From IMG/VR virus record IMGVR_UViG_3300027969_000078: a DNA stretch of 64,000 nt, one strand, 5' to 3'. Source of the DNA: an uncultured virus (IMG/VR IMGVR_UViG_3300027969_000078). Its lineage: Duplodnaviria; Heunggongvirae; Uroviricota; Caudoviricetes. Shown here piece by piece: positions 9,546 to 18,359 of the stretch. How positions within the stretch are numbered: the first letter of the stretch is position 1; every line of letters begins with the position of its first letter. The position numbers were made by a program, and so were the translations under genes. The notes beneath the pieces were generated by a model that was not told where the DNA came from, did no database searches, and saw nothing but the letters and a program-made list of their open reading frames with translations.

Positions 9546-9606
9546 GTTACCGCTTCTCCGATAGGTAACATTTGCCGCAGGGAATCAGCCCTGCAACAAA
9601 ACTATA

Positions 9607-10026
9607 CTAATACCAAAAGTTGGTATCCCAAAATCTTAAAGCATTGCACGGGCTTCCATATCTGGAGTCTATGTAGGTTAAACCTAACCGAACCTGCTTA
9701 TGCACGGGTGTCTTGGGGTCTAGCCCTAGTATCTGTGGGATACCTCCTGCGTGGACTTGGACTTTTTTACCATTTCTTACAACCGTTACGGCTGTTTTAT
9801 TTCTGGCATCTGGTCGCCAGTTTGACTCATTAGTCCATAATTCCTTAAGGCATCCCCATTGGCTACGACCCCAACCAAAAACATGTAACTGCTTTTGTGC
9901 GCTAACTTTTGCCGCTTGCGCTGTGCGAACGTCTACCATTTGTGGCATTTTAGGACTGTGAGCCTCGGCTGGTGTTGCCAACAAAATACCTACCGCAAGT
10001 GCGGCTACTGAAAGGCATTTTGCCAA
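9607..10026 (-). CDS. Secreted lytic transglycosylase-like protein
   Basis: Signal-like N-terminus; CLKELWTNESNW...GIPQ...GLTYIDSRYGSPCNA. Confidence 0.8.
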   Translation of the reverse strand: MAKCLSVAALAVGILLATPAEAHSPKMPQMVDVRTAQAAKVSAQKQLHVFGWGRSQWGCLKELWTNESNWRPDARNKTAVTVVRNGKKVQVHAGGIPQILGLDPKTPVHKQVRLGLTYIDSRYGSPCNALRFWDTNFWY

Positions 10027-10189
10027 TAACTTCAGCCCTCACCCTTCTCCTTTACCGCAATCTTTACCATAGTTTCCTCCCGTTGATTAGATTCAGCATC
10101 GCTGTTTCCTTTCGTCGTTTGTATTGTCATACAGGTGTTGCACGACAACATCGTAGCCATAAGCCACTTTCCACATCCGAGACAATGCA

Positions 10190-10720
10190 CTACACCTTCC
10201 ATAGTCTGCTTACCTCATCTCGTAACTCATCTATTGTGCCATTGTTTGACAAATAATGATCAAAAGACCACGAATCCATATCGGTCTCTGACCTGTGGAG
10301 ATTGACTGGTGTGTCCTTTTCTATGCGGCTTATGCGCCAAATTTCCCCACCGCGCCACTTAATTTCTTCGGCTTCGTTCCTAAACCTTACATCTGATATG
10401 ACAACTTTGTCGGTTTTAGCCGTATTATGTAAGGTAAGTTCCACCCAGATTTGTGGGTCAATTAACTCTCGTCCGACCTCGGTTCCCATCACTTGCAGTA
10501 CGCGGCGAACCTCTGGCACTTGTTTGGCAATTTCCCAACCTTCAAGATCAACAACGTGCGCTAAGCGTAATCCGTCAAGGGTAACTATAGGGTTTAATCG
10601 GTAGCAAGCATTTTTGATAATGTCTGCAAACGCTATGCGTGAGTACCCGTAATCCTCCACCAGTATCTTGGCGACTGTATCTTTACCTGCCTGTGCATAT
10701 CCACTTAGTCCAATAATCAT
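10190..10720 (-). CDS. Deoxynucleoside monophosphate kinase
   Basis: IGLSGYAQAGKDT, LQVMGTEVGR, SDVRFRNE, HRSE. Confidence 0.9.
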   Translation of the reverse strand: MIIGLSGYAQAGKDTVAKILVEDYGYSRIAFADIIKNACYRLNPIVTLDGLRLAHVVDLEGWEIAKQVPEVRRVLQVMGTEVGRELIDPQIWVELTLHNTAKTDKVVISDVRFRNEAEEIKWRGGEIWRISRIEKDTPVNLHRSETDMDSWSFDHYLSNNGTIDELRDEVSRLWKV

Positions 10721-10935
10721 TTAAGTGCCTTCTCTCTTTGATATTTCTTTACGGCTTCGGTCTGTGCGGCTTTGCATTCAGTACAAGTTGGTTCACCCAT
10801 ATTTAGGTGGCGGCTATAACCTGCGCGTGTACCGCATTGCGCAATTTTCCGTTGCGTTCCTCGCCTTACCTTAGGCTTTGTGCCACCTTCGCAAGTTAAA
10901 CATTGGTAGGTTTTGGTGCAAAAACAATCAGCCAT
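10717..10935 (-). CDS. Small Cys/His zinc-binding protein
   Basis: CGTRAGYSRH...CTEC. Confidence 0.6.
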   Translation of the reverse strand: MADCFCTKTYQCLTCEGGTKPKVRRGTQRKIAQCGTRAGYSRHLNMGEPTCTECKAAQTEAVKKYQREKALK

Positions 10936-11090
10936 TAACTTGCATCCACCTCTCCTGCTCCACATTCTTCGCAATCGGGTAATTTTTCTCCATTAGGTAC
11001 TGGAGTCGGGTAATCCGTTAAGCACTCATAGCAGCGATATGTAAACGGGTAGCAGGATTTGCAGGTATAAGCACCGCAACCATATGTCAT
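10935..11090 (-). CDS. Small Cys-rich protein, 51 aa
   Basis: Hand-translated MTYGCGAYTCKSCYPFTYRCYEC...CEEC; TAATG coupling. Confidence 0.55.
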   Translation of the reverse strand: MTYGCGAYTCKSCYPFTYRCYECLTDYPTPVPNGEKLPDCEECGAGEVDAS

Positions 11091-11200
11091 TTGTTATTCA
11101 CAACTTTCCTCGCCACATTCAGAGCAGCAATCCCTGCATACACCATTGCTATTGCAAAATTCGTGTACGGTTTTGTACTGGTCACAGACATCACATTGGC

Positions 11201-11377
11201 TCATCTGTTATCCGTTTTATAGAAACCCGACCCGCGAAATACGGCAGGGGTAGGTGAAAAGATTTTGGTCATATTTTTGCCACACAAGGGGCACGCTGGG
11301 ATGCTGCCATCGTGGAAGCCTTGCTGTATCTCTATCATTGACTTATCATCATTACAACGAAATTCATATGTAGGCAT
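11201..11377 (-). CDS. FmdB-family zinc-ribbon protein
   Basis: MPTYEFRC...CPLCG...FRGSGFYKTD. Confidence 0.85.
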   Translation of the reverse strand: MPTYEFRCNDDKSMIEIQQGFHDGSIPACPLCGKNMTKIFSPTPAVFRGSGFYKTDNR

Positions 11378-11691
11378 TAGAATAGTTTCCAATCTTTAGG
11401 TGCGACAATCCATAAAGTACATTCGTTGCCTTCTGGATTTTTAACTGTTTTGCCACTATCGGCTATAAAGCCATCTATAACTAATGACCTGCGGCTGGCA
11501 CTTATACTCTGATGCTTGCCATTAAGTTTTGCCTCCAACTGAAAGTCGGCTGCCCCACCTGACTGATAGATGTAGTCATAGATTCTGCGGCGTATGCTGC
11601 CAGTTTTAGGAAGTGCTTTTTCGGCTGCTGCACGACTTGTATTACTGGCATAGTTGGCAATAAAGACCACATTGTCGTCAATGTTTGCCAT
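11377..11691 (-). CDS. Hypothetical winged-helix-like protein
   Basis: ORF in operon; TSRAAAE...SISASRRSLVIDGFI. Confidence 0.5.
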   Translation of the reverse strand: MANIDDNVVFIANYASNTSRAAAEKALPKTGSIRRRIYDYIYQSGGAADFQLEAKLNGKHQSISASRRSLVIDGFIADSGKTVKNPEGNECTLWIVAPKDWKLF

Positions 11692-11944
11692 TGGATGCAC
11701 CTAACGCTACGTTTGCACAAATATCTTGCACCGCTAGTAGTGCATTTTCCAGTCCGTTTTTCATAACACGCTTGCGGTCATCAGTTAAATCAATCGCACA
11801 TATTTCATCATAAATCCTGCCTCGGATTTGTGCCTCCAAGATGCGCACCATTGTTTTGACGGATTCTTGACCTTCTGGAGTGTCTAGAATTAGTTGACCA
11901 TCTTTCACTTTCCAATGGTTATCTTTGCAAATAATTTTCATCAT
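11678..11944 (-). CDS. Hypothetical protein
   Basis: ORF with GGAGG RBS. Confidence 0.55.
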   Translation of the reverse strand: MMKIICKDNHWKVKDGQLILDTPEGQESVKTMVRILEAQIRGRIYDEICAIDLTDDRKRVMKNGLENALLAVQDICANVALGASNGKH

Positions 11945-12022
11945 ATGCCTCCTTTTCAATGCTAAACATACCAAGCAAAACTGTTGGTGTGAGAAGGATC
12001 ACCGCGGTAACTATTAAAATTC

Positions 12023-12220
12023 CTAGCACGATTCCTCCTTAAAGTAGAAATTTTGACCGCATTTAATGCAGGTAACTTCTTGATCTACATTACCCCAGTC
12101 ATCTGTCTCAAAGTCCTCTTCCCAGATGTTGTCGCATTTATCGGTTTCCGCATATTCGCGGCAGACTATTTCTCGTGTGATTGTGTGTCCAAGAGTTCCA
12201 GACCCGTGCCAGTAACCCAT
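12023..12220 (-). CDS. Small zinc-ribbon-like protein
   Basis: C...C...CIKC; coupled in operon. Confidence 0.5.
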   Translation of the reverse strand: MGYWHGSGTLGHTITREIVCREYAETDKCDNIWEEDFETDDWGNVDQEVTCIKCGQNFYFKEESC

Positions 12221-12475
12221 TTATTCCACCAACTCTCTCATCATTTCGTTGAGTGCAGGGTAATCCAATTTGTCGGACATATAATCTGCTCCGTCTGGAG
12301 TAACCAAGTGCGTCATATAGTTTTGTAGTAGAAAACCAATATAAGGATTGTCGCGATCTGGATTGTCTTGCATAAATCCAACCGCACTTTTGTACAACGC
12401 CTCGGTATTGTTAATCCAAAGTGCCACATTCCAAGTATCGTAGTTCTTCCAGCCTTCGTAAGTTGTGTCGCTCAT
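12221..12475 (-). CDS. Conserved phage hypothetical protein
   Basis: YEGWKNYDTWNVALWI motif; GAGG RBS. Confidence 0.6.
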   Translation of the reverse strand: MSDTTYEGWKNYDTWNVALWINNTEALYKSAVGFMQDNPDRDNPYIGFLLQNYMTHLVTPDGADYMSDKLDYPALNEMMRELVE

Positions 12476-12650
12476 TATTTTACATCCTCCTCGTAAGTAC
12501 AAAGTTGGCATTGAATGAAATGTTGCCATTTGGCTGCTACTGACCACTTTAGGTGAGTGCTAAATACCAGCGAACCTTTGCTGTTGCACTTAGGGCAGAA
12601 ATCTGGAACCACTTTTCCGCCTACAGTTAATTTTGTAAGTTTTTCCATAA

Positions 12651-12842
12651 TTATGCCACCGCCTTCTGATTTTCTTCCTTGGATAATTTAAGAAGCCAGA
12701 TGGCTAGTGAGCGTGTGTAGATGCCGCGCTCAATTAAGCCGCGTAGTTCTGAGTATTTTGCAAAAGATTCCGCAGCATCCCAGTTTTTAAGATAAACAAC
12801 ATCTGCATAAAGTTCTGCAATTTTTGTATCCAATAAGTTCAT
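12651..12842 (-). CDS. Hypothetical protein
   Basis: ORF in operon. Confidence 0.5.
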   Translation of the reverse strand: MNLLDTKIAELYADVVYLKNWDAAESFAKYSELRGLIERGIYTRSLAIWLLKLSKEENQKAVA

Positions 12843-12843
12843 G

Positions 12844-13095
12844 TTATGCACCAACCTTGTAATAGACACGAGTAACGCGAGTTCCATCACGATTTTCTAT
12901 TTCAATACAACCTTCGTTATTTCCAAAATCGTAAGCAATTAATTTTTCGGGATCTGCATTCATTATTTTTTTAATACGCTTTTGACCTGCGACGGATTCT
13001 GCTTCGTCATAATTACCACCGCAGCCACAAGCACAACCAGTTTTTCCATTGTAAGTCTGTGTTGCATTTTCTAGCATTTGATTTGTTGATATCAT
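12844..13095 (-). CDS. Hypothetical protein with CACGCGG motif
   Basis: Strong GGAGG RBS; first gene after a repeated promoter. Confidence 0.65.
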   Translation of the reverse strand: MISTNQMLENATQTYNGKTGCACGCGGNYDEAESVAGQKRIKKIMNADPEKLIAYDFGNNEGCIEIENRDGTRVTRVYYKVGA

Positions 13096-13203
13096 TTTTG
13101 CCTCCTAATCGGTAACCCCTGATTGGGTTATGGCACTAATCTATATGGTTTTTGGTGGATGTAAACATCTACAGCGTTTCTTTTGTAACAACTTGATAAC
13201 TTT
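13096..13203 (-). promoter_or_regulatory. Repeated early promoter/leader, copy 1
   Basis: TTTACA-N16-TAGATT, upstream GTTATC-N5-GTTACA, AATCAG-loop hairpin, GGAGGCAAAA-ATG. Confidence 0.75.
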
Positions 13204-13624
13204 ATAGGTCGTCAAAACCGCCCGTAAGTTCAATGGATACCCCTGCTGGAAGTCCGTACTCCTTGGTAGCGTAGATGCTCACCACCTGCGAATCATCCAC
13301 ATAGGCGACCCCAGTTAAGGCATCAAGGATGCTGCGGATTTGCTTGTCTAGGTCTGGTGGAACCGTTGGCTGCTGTCTGGATACCGATTTTGGACGTTCA
13401 TATCTAAACTTCAATGTAATTGTTATCGCGCCTTCTATCGGCGTGCAACCCGCTTTAGCCGCTTCTTGTGCAACCAAAGATCGCCACGCCATTAAATCGG
13501 CTGACTTGTTATGAACTATGCGGTTGTTAAATGCACGCATAGAACCTTGCTGGATGGGTTTGCCTTCAACTTTGAAGGCGATGGTCAAATCTCTAGACTG
13601 ACCTTCTCGCCTTGTAGTAGACAC
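13202..13624 (-). CDS. rusA: RusA-like Holliday junction resolvase
   Basis: PDLDKQIRSILDALTGVAYVDDSQV. Confidence 0.9.
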   Translation of the reverse strand: MSTTRREGQSRDLTIAFKVEGKPIQQGSMRAFNNRIVHNKSADLMAWRSLVAQEAAKAGCTPIEGAITITLKFRYERPKSVSRQQPTVPPDLDKQIRSILDALTGVAYVDDSQVVSIYATKEYGLPAGVSIELTGGFDDL

Positions 13625-13776
13625 TTGCGAACCTTACTACCATTTGCATCAGTAAGTTGCATCTCATAAACAATTCCGTCTTGCTCGGAGTACTCAACGA
13701 GAAAACGATCTTTATGAATGACTACGGTATCGCCAGCCTGTACAGCACCTACATCTATACTCTTAAGAACAGTCAT
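13585..13776 (-). CDS. Small SH3-like hypothetical protein
   Basis: ORF with GGAGG RBS; VQAGDTV. Confidence 0.55.
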   Translation of the reverse strand: MTVLKSIDVGAVQAGDTVVIHKDRFLVEYSEQDGIVYEMQLTDANGSKVRKCLLQGEKVSLEI

Positions 13777-13877
13777 TTGTTCCTCCTATAGTCTTACAGG
13801 ATACCTTACTTAGCACAAATAAGCCGCAGAAGGCTATTTAAGAGGGTCGGCGTGTCGGAAGGTATATTTACCCAACT

Positions 13878-14237
13878 TTAGTCTGTTCCCTCGTCTATTG
13901 GCTTTGTGCGAGGTTTTTTTAGAGCCTCGCGCACATAGTCAGGCATAGGGATTGCAAAATGATTTATGAAGTCATCTGCATTAAAGGGCTGAGCCACGAT
14001 GGTTGGTTTTTCTGCTGGTTGCTTTAATTTTTTGGCAGCCATTAACAATGTTGCTCGGCTAAGTGGCATTCCGTCTAAGGCTACCGCCTCAACAAGTGGC
14101 AAAATCTTAGCAAAAGTGGTTTCCTTTAGAATTTGCTGCAACTGACCAGCCATTTGACCTCGTGCTGGTGCAATATCGCCCGTGTAATTTCTAAAGTACA
14201 CTTTAATAAGTTCTGCCACTTGTTCGTTTATGGTCAT
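13878..14237 (-). CDS. Hypothetical protein
   Basis: ATGA overlap with whiB. Confidence 0.6.
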   Translation of the reverse strand: MTINEQVAELIKVYFRNYTGDIAPARGQMAGQLQQILKETTFAKILPLVEAVALDGMPLSRATLLMAAKKLKQPAEKPTIVAQPFNADDFINHFAIPMPDYVREALKKPRTKPIDEGTD

Positions 14238-14602
14238 TTGTTAAAAGTAAAATCTCTCTCAACGGACAACACGGTCTGCACCAATGTTGATAAACCTATG
14301 TTAAGTGCTTTTAAGTCTCGCCTAAGCCATCCCATAACCCGTGTGTCCAGTTTGCCTGCATAAATATGGCGGCGTTCATCTTCGGATAAACCACCCCAAA
14401 ATCCATAAGGCTCAAAGGCTGTTGCTGCTTGTAGACATTCCTTTTGTATTGGACAGTCAAAGCACATTCTGCGTAAGTGGTTGTAGTTGAGTCCTTCAAT
14501 AAGTAACTCGGTTCGTGGGGTAAAGAATAGATCGGTCTCTAACCCTTGGCACGATGCGCGTTCCCATTCAATTTTATTTCTATCAACTACTTTCCTGTAC
14601 AT
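14234..14602 (-). CDS. whiB: WhiB-family Fe-S transcription factor
   Basis: WERASC...LFF...CFDCPIQKECL...GFWGGLSEDERR. Confidence 0.9.
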   Translation of the reverse strand: MYRKVVDRNKIEWERASCQGLETDLFFTPRTELLIEGLNYNHLRRMCFDCPIQKECLQAATAFEPYGFWGGLSEDERRHIYAGKLDTRVMGWLRRDLKALNIGLSTLVQTVLSVERDFTFNK

Positions 14603-15237
14603 CCGACCTCGCCTGACTGGTCATACCAAGCACAATAGTTTTTACAAAAGAATGCTGACTTTTCGGGCGCAGGTGGTTCTGTCCTAGATTTAATATCCGT
14701 AATCCAATCCAAACCTTGTTGCGCCATTTCGCGATTGTAAGGTTCGCTGTGGACTTTAATATCCTTTGATTGTCCGTCACGCGGAATTGCAACCAACGCA
14801 ACTTCGGCAACCATATGTCCTGCTTCCTCAATAAGGTATCCATACAGTTGTACTTGCATACGCTGTTGGTCATTTGGGAATTCAGCCAGTTTTTTCTTGG
14901 TGGTTGTTTTCCAGTCAATTACCGTACCAGTTGATTTAATAAATAAATCGCAATGACCTTTTAGATGTTCCGTTTCAAACGCTTGCTCAATTAGAAAATC
15001 ATCACCAAATGGATCTGCGGCTTCCATTGCACCAGCAATAGTCGCGTGTAGCGATGTGCCAATAATTGCGGCAAGGTGTTCTGTGTTGTCATTTGTTTTT
15101 GGTACTCCATTAAGGATGCTCCAAGCCTGTCGCCTACATCCGCCAACTGATGATGCACCTAACTGAGTTTGTTGCGAACGATCACGCTGTCCGTCTTGCT
15201 CATAAAGTGCCACCTTTAGAAGGTTTTGGATATCCAT
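14587..15237 (-). CDS. PD-(D/E)XK (Cas4/RecB-like) exonuclease
   Basis: C-RQ, GTSLH, GHCD...IDWKT, QVQLY and terminal CxxxC cluster. Confidence 0.85.
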   Translation of the reverse strand: MDIQNLLKVALYEQDGQRDRSQQTQLGASSVGGCRRQAWSILNGVPKTNDNTEHLAAIIGTSLHATIAGAMEAADPFGDDFLIEQAFETEHLKGHCDLFIKSTGTVIDWKTTTKKKLAEFPNDQQRMQVQLYGYLIEEAGHMVAEVALVAIPRDGQSKDIKVHSEPYNREMAQQGLDWITDIKSRTEPPAPEKSAFFCKNYCAWYDQSGEVGCTGK

Positions 15238-15367
15238 TAGCGGCTCCAGCCTGTAAGTAGTTTGTCGGTGATGCATTGGTTACAAAATCGGTGCTGACCG
15301 CCTAGATAATCTACTGTAAATAAATTCCTGCGCTTAGCACACAAAGGACATTTTTCCTTTGCCATAA

Positions 15368-15715
15368 CTACAACTCCATACTTGCTCGGACTGATACCGA
15401 GATAGACCGCGCAATATCTACCTGAGTGCGGATGCGGTTAGCATTTGCACGAGCCGCTTTTACCGAAGATTCCGCTACAGATAAGTTCATATGCAGTTCT
15501 GCATTTTCAATAAGTGCCACATCATCTCGTTGCACGCTGGTCAGTTTATGGTCTGGGTGTGCTACTGCCATACGCGAACGCGCCATAGATATTTCAAGAC
15601 TGGCTTTTGCTGTGTGGTAAGTATGTTCGCAAGCAACCAAATCTTGATGTGCTTCGTCAATTTCTTTGGATAAATCCAGCAATCGTCTTTCTACTTGCAT
15701 TGGGGTTAAACTCAT
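15368..15715 (-). CDS. Coiled-coil hypothetical protein
   Basis: ORF in recombination operon. Confidence 0.6.
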   Translation of the reverse strand: MSLTPMQVERRLLDLSKEIDEAHQDLVACEHTYHTAKASLEISMARSRMAVAHPDHKLTSVQRDDVALIENAELHMNLSVAESSVKAARANANRIRTQVDIARSISVSVRASMEL

Positions 15716-15945
15716 AGGTTGTCTCCAGTCGGTACTGCGTACAATTTAGTTTCGTATGTGTCTAATCTTGGCAATATAACTGCGGCATCTACGGCAATTT
15801 CATCTTCGTCTGTGGCAAGTCTAAGACCAGAGATTGACAACTTGCGTAGTACATCTTCGGCGTGTATATCCATTTTTTCTGCAAGTATTTTTGAAAAAAA
15901 CATTTGTTGTTGTATTGCTAGGACTCTGCCTTCTGGATGATTCAC
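15712..15945 (-). CDS. Hypothetical protein
   Basis: GTGA-coupled start at 15945. Confidence 0.5.
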   Translation of the reverse strand: MNHPEGRVLAIQQQMFFSKILAEKMDIHAEDVLRKLSISGLRLATDEDEIAVDAAVILPRLDTYETKLYAVPTGDNL

Positions 15946-16130
15946 GAGAACACCGCCACAGCACCTAGGATAATGTAGAAGCATCCTACAAAGAATGGAA
16001 TCCAAATAAGCATACGGATAATTGACCGCAGTTGGTAGTACTGACGTGTCTTGGTTGGTCGGTGTGTCCAAAAATAATCCAGCCAGTCCTTACCAAACCA
16101 AATTTCTATCCATTGTGGTGGTCGTGTCAT
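15942..16130 (-). CDS. Small membrane protein
   Basis: Hydrophobic C-terminal half; ATGA coupling. Confidence 0.5.
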   Translation of the reverse strand: MTRPPQWIEIWFGKDWLDYFWTHRPTKTRQYYQLRSIIRMLIWIPFFVGCFYIILGAVAVFS

Positions 16131-16681
16131 TTAGTTGCCTCCAAAGTTTTCTTGTGTGCGCCAATTAGTCCATTAATGGATACCCCGTTAATGTTAATGT
16201 GCAAAATACCTGCCTCTTGTGCGCCTGTGTAAAAGTTGCGAAGTTCCTCAATCGTTGTAATGTCGTTGATTTGTTCAATCGCGGTGATTGCGAGTGCTTC
16301 TTGTTCGGGAGATTGGTTAGGTTTTTGCATACGCTCCACTTTTTCCATTTCCTCGCGTGAAGGTCGTGTCTTGCGTGGGTCGGTGCCTTGTAAAGATAAT
16401 CCGCAAGCCAATGCGCGACCAATTGCGGAAGTCGTGCAGTTTTCCAGAGCCGAGGTTCTGTTTACATTTGATGAACCTACAATTTCCTCTGCGTAGTCCT
16501 GACCTTTTAGGATATCGCCAAGCCAAATTTGTGCCTGAACAATATATTGAAGTGGTTTACCAAAATCATCTCGCGTTGTTTCCACAAGATGAGTAATGAT
16601 GCGCAAGTCGGGATACTTTTCGTGCGCTTTTGCTATGCGTTCACCTACAGTTTCGTAAGATTCCAAGTCAAATTTTGCCAT
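16127..16681 (-). CDS. Putative single-strand annealing recombinase (Rad52/Sak-like)
   Basis: SALENCTTSAIGRALA motif; located with the exonuclease. Confidence 0.55.
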   Translation of the reverse strand: MAKFDLESYETVGERIAKAHEKYPDLRIITHLVETTRDDFGKPLQYIVQAQIWLGDILKGQDYAEEIVGSSNVNRTSALENCTTSAIGRALACGLSLQGTDPRKTRPSREEMEKVERMQKPNQSPEQEALAITAIEQINDITTIEELRNFYTGAQEAGILHININGVSINGLIGAHKKTLEATK

Positions 16682-16683
16682 AA

Positions 16684-16872
16684 TTAAGCACCTGCCTTAA
16701 CGAATCCGTTGTAAAGCCCTTGCTTGATGTCGTTGTCAATCCATTGTTCAGCATTACTTGTCCATTTAGAAATATCTGCTGTCCGTTGGATATTTCCGTC
16801 TGCTGATGTAATCGTGTAGCGCGTTCCATTTGTTTCTATTGTTTCGCCGTTTGTGTTTTTGTATATTGCCAT
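16684..16872 (-). CDS. Hypothetical protein
   Basis: GGAGG RBS downstream of a promoter copy. Confidence 0.6.
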   Translation of the reverse strand: MAIYKNTNGETIETNGTRYTITSADGNIQRTADISKWTSNAEQWIDNDIKQGLYNGFVKAGA

Positions 16873-16874
16873 TC

Positions 16875-16950
16875 CGTGCCTCCTTAATTACCTTACTGGG
16901 CGCCTTGCCCGTAGGATTGAATCTATATTGAATTAGGTTGAATGTAAACA
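16875..16950 (-). promoter_or_regulatory. Repeated early promoter, variant copy
   Basis: TTTACA-N17-TAGATT overlapping the 3' end of the glycosylase gene. Confidence 0.6.
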
Positions 16951-17426
16951 ACCGCTTGCAATAATTCTTGAGCGTTTCTTGTTTGTTTTTCTGTTCCAAG
17001 ATGCAGGGTTCCATCTGGGTGGCACCACACATAAGGCAGGTCTGCCGTGGCGTTGGCAAAGTCCTTGTAATAAACTGGGTCTTTGCGGTACAAGTTAGAC
17101 TGATGGGATGTATGTAGTGGGTTGTAACCCATCCACCAAGGTTCTTCGTACTGAAGATTGCCTTGCCATTCACCTAGAAATTTGTCTAGGAGTGAATCCT
17201 TAAAGCCGCGTTCCTGCCACTCGGCACATATTACTATGCCATAATGAACCAACGCTTGTTCGCAACCGCGCCACATAACTGTTGCTGGATGATTAACCCA
17301 ACCTTTTGTTTCGCCGCGTAAAGCACGCAAAACTTGCCACGCTTCCACTCGTTGCTTACCTAGCCGCTTATTATCCAACGCTTGTGCGGTAAACTTAAAA
17401 TCGTCGTAAGGCATAAATGTTTGCAC
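16923..17426 (-). CDS. Pyrimidine-dimer DNA glycosylase-like protein (MSMEG_6728/DenV-like)
   Basis: MQTFMPY...LDNKRLGKQRVEA...NHPATVMW...HQSNLYRKDP. Confidence 0.85.
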   Translation of the reverse strand: MQTFMPYDDFKFTAQALDNKRLGKQRVEAWQVLRALRGETKGWVNHPATVMWRGCEQALVHYGIVICAEWQERGFKDSLLDKFLGEWQGNLQYEEPWWMGYNPLHTSHQSNLYRKDPVYYKDFANATADLPYVWCHPDGTLHLGTEKQTRNAQELLQAVVYIQPNSI

Positions 17427-17568
17427 AATTACACAACCTGAAAAGGATTTGGTGCGTAATGCTCTAATACTTTAATGGCATTAAAGCAGGTAATACATAT
17501 TTGCCGTTCTGAACTATTTACATAAAATCCAAAAGCATGTGCCGATTCATTACAAAGTACGCATTTCA

Positions 17569-17838
17569 TTATTTTGCCTCCTTTTCTCTAATGCAGGAAT
17601 CCGTAATGACCGCGCTTGCACCAAAGATGCTTTCGCCTACCGAGATATTTGCAAGTGCGCCGCCGTATTGGTTTTGTAGATTTATCTTAATGTTAATCAT
17701 ATGAGAGTTTGATTCTGCAATTTCATCTGTAAGGTAACGAACCAAAGATGCCGCCTCGCGCTTGCTCATTTTTGCTAGTACTGCCACCTGCGTTACTTCT
17801 AATGTGTGTTCGGTTGTTGGTTGAGTTGTAATTGTCAT
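17569..17838 (-). CDS. Hypothetical protein
   Basis: GGAGG RBS; coupled. Confidence 0.6.
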   Translation of the reverse strand: MTITTQPTTEHTLEVTQVAVLAKMSKREAASLVRYLTDEIAESNSHMINIKINLQNQYGGALANISVGESIFGASAVITDSCIREKEAK

Positions 17839-18096
17839 TTAGTTTGCCTCCATTTTGATTAGTAGATTTGGTGCGAATTTGTGTGCGCAGGTTGAACCGA
17901 TTGGAAAGCAACCTTGCGAACTGTGTGAATCTGGATCGCCGCTGCCAGGAATGATAAGTTCCCAAGCGGTGCTTACCTCAAAGTAGAATGGGTTTTTGCC
18001 AAGTGCGCGGCCACATTCTGTGCAAAGATTTTCGTATGAATCTAGTGCCTTGCGATTAAGTGGTGCGCGGTCACCAGCGTTGTATTTGAAAGTCAT
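17839..18096 (-). CDS. Small zinc-binding protein
   Basis: CTECG...GCFPIGSTCA. Confidence 0.6.
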   Translation of the reverse strand: MTFKYNAGDRAPLNRKALDSYENLCTECGRALGKNPFYFEVSTAWELIIPGSGDPDSHSSQGCFPIGSTCAHKFAPNLLIKMEAN

Positions 18097-18213
18097 TTAT
18101 TTTGCCTCCTTAATTGCCTTCATAATTTCGTGTGTTTGATCTACTGCGTAGATAAGTGCCCAGATATCCTCTACGGATGTTGTTGCGATGATGCCGTTTT
18201 TGCGTGTTGCCAT

Positions 18214-18321
18214 TTTTTGCCTCCTATATATATAAACCCTGATTGGTTTATAGGAACTAATCTATATTGTTTCTATGGAATGTAAACCTCTACCGCGTTT
18301 CCTATGTAACTTTTAGATAAC
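18214..18321 (-). promoter_or_regulatory. Repeated early promoter/leader, copy 2
   Basis: TTTACA-N16-TAGATT, GTTATC-N5-GTTACA, hairpin tataaacc-AATCAG-ggtttata. Confidence 0.75.
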
Positions 18322-18325
18322 AGGT

Positions 18326-18354
18326 TTGACAAGGTTTTAGGTAGCCTTTAGGCT
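18326..18354 (+). promoter_or_regulatory. Sigma-A-like promoter facing the structured non-coding region
   Basis: TTGACA-N17-TAGGCT. Confidence 0.7.
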
Positions 18355-18359
18355 TCTCC

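Noticed and set aside
14587..15237. Cas4 as part of a CRISPR system
   Set aside because: No other cas genes or array; stand-alone phage exonuclease context
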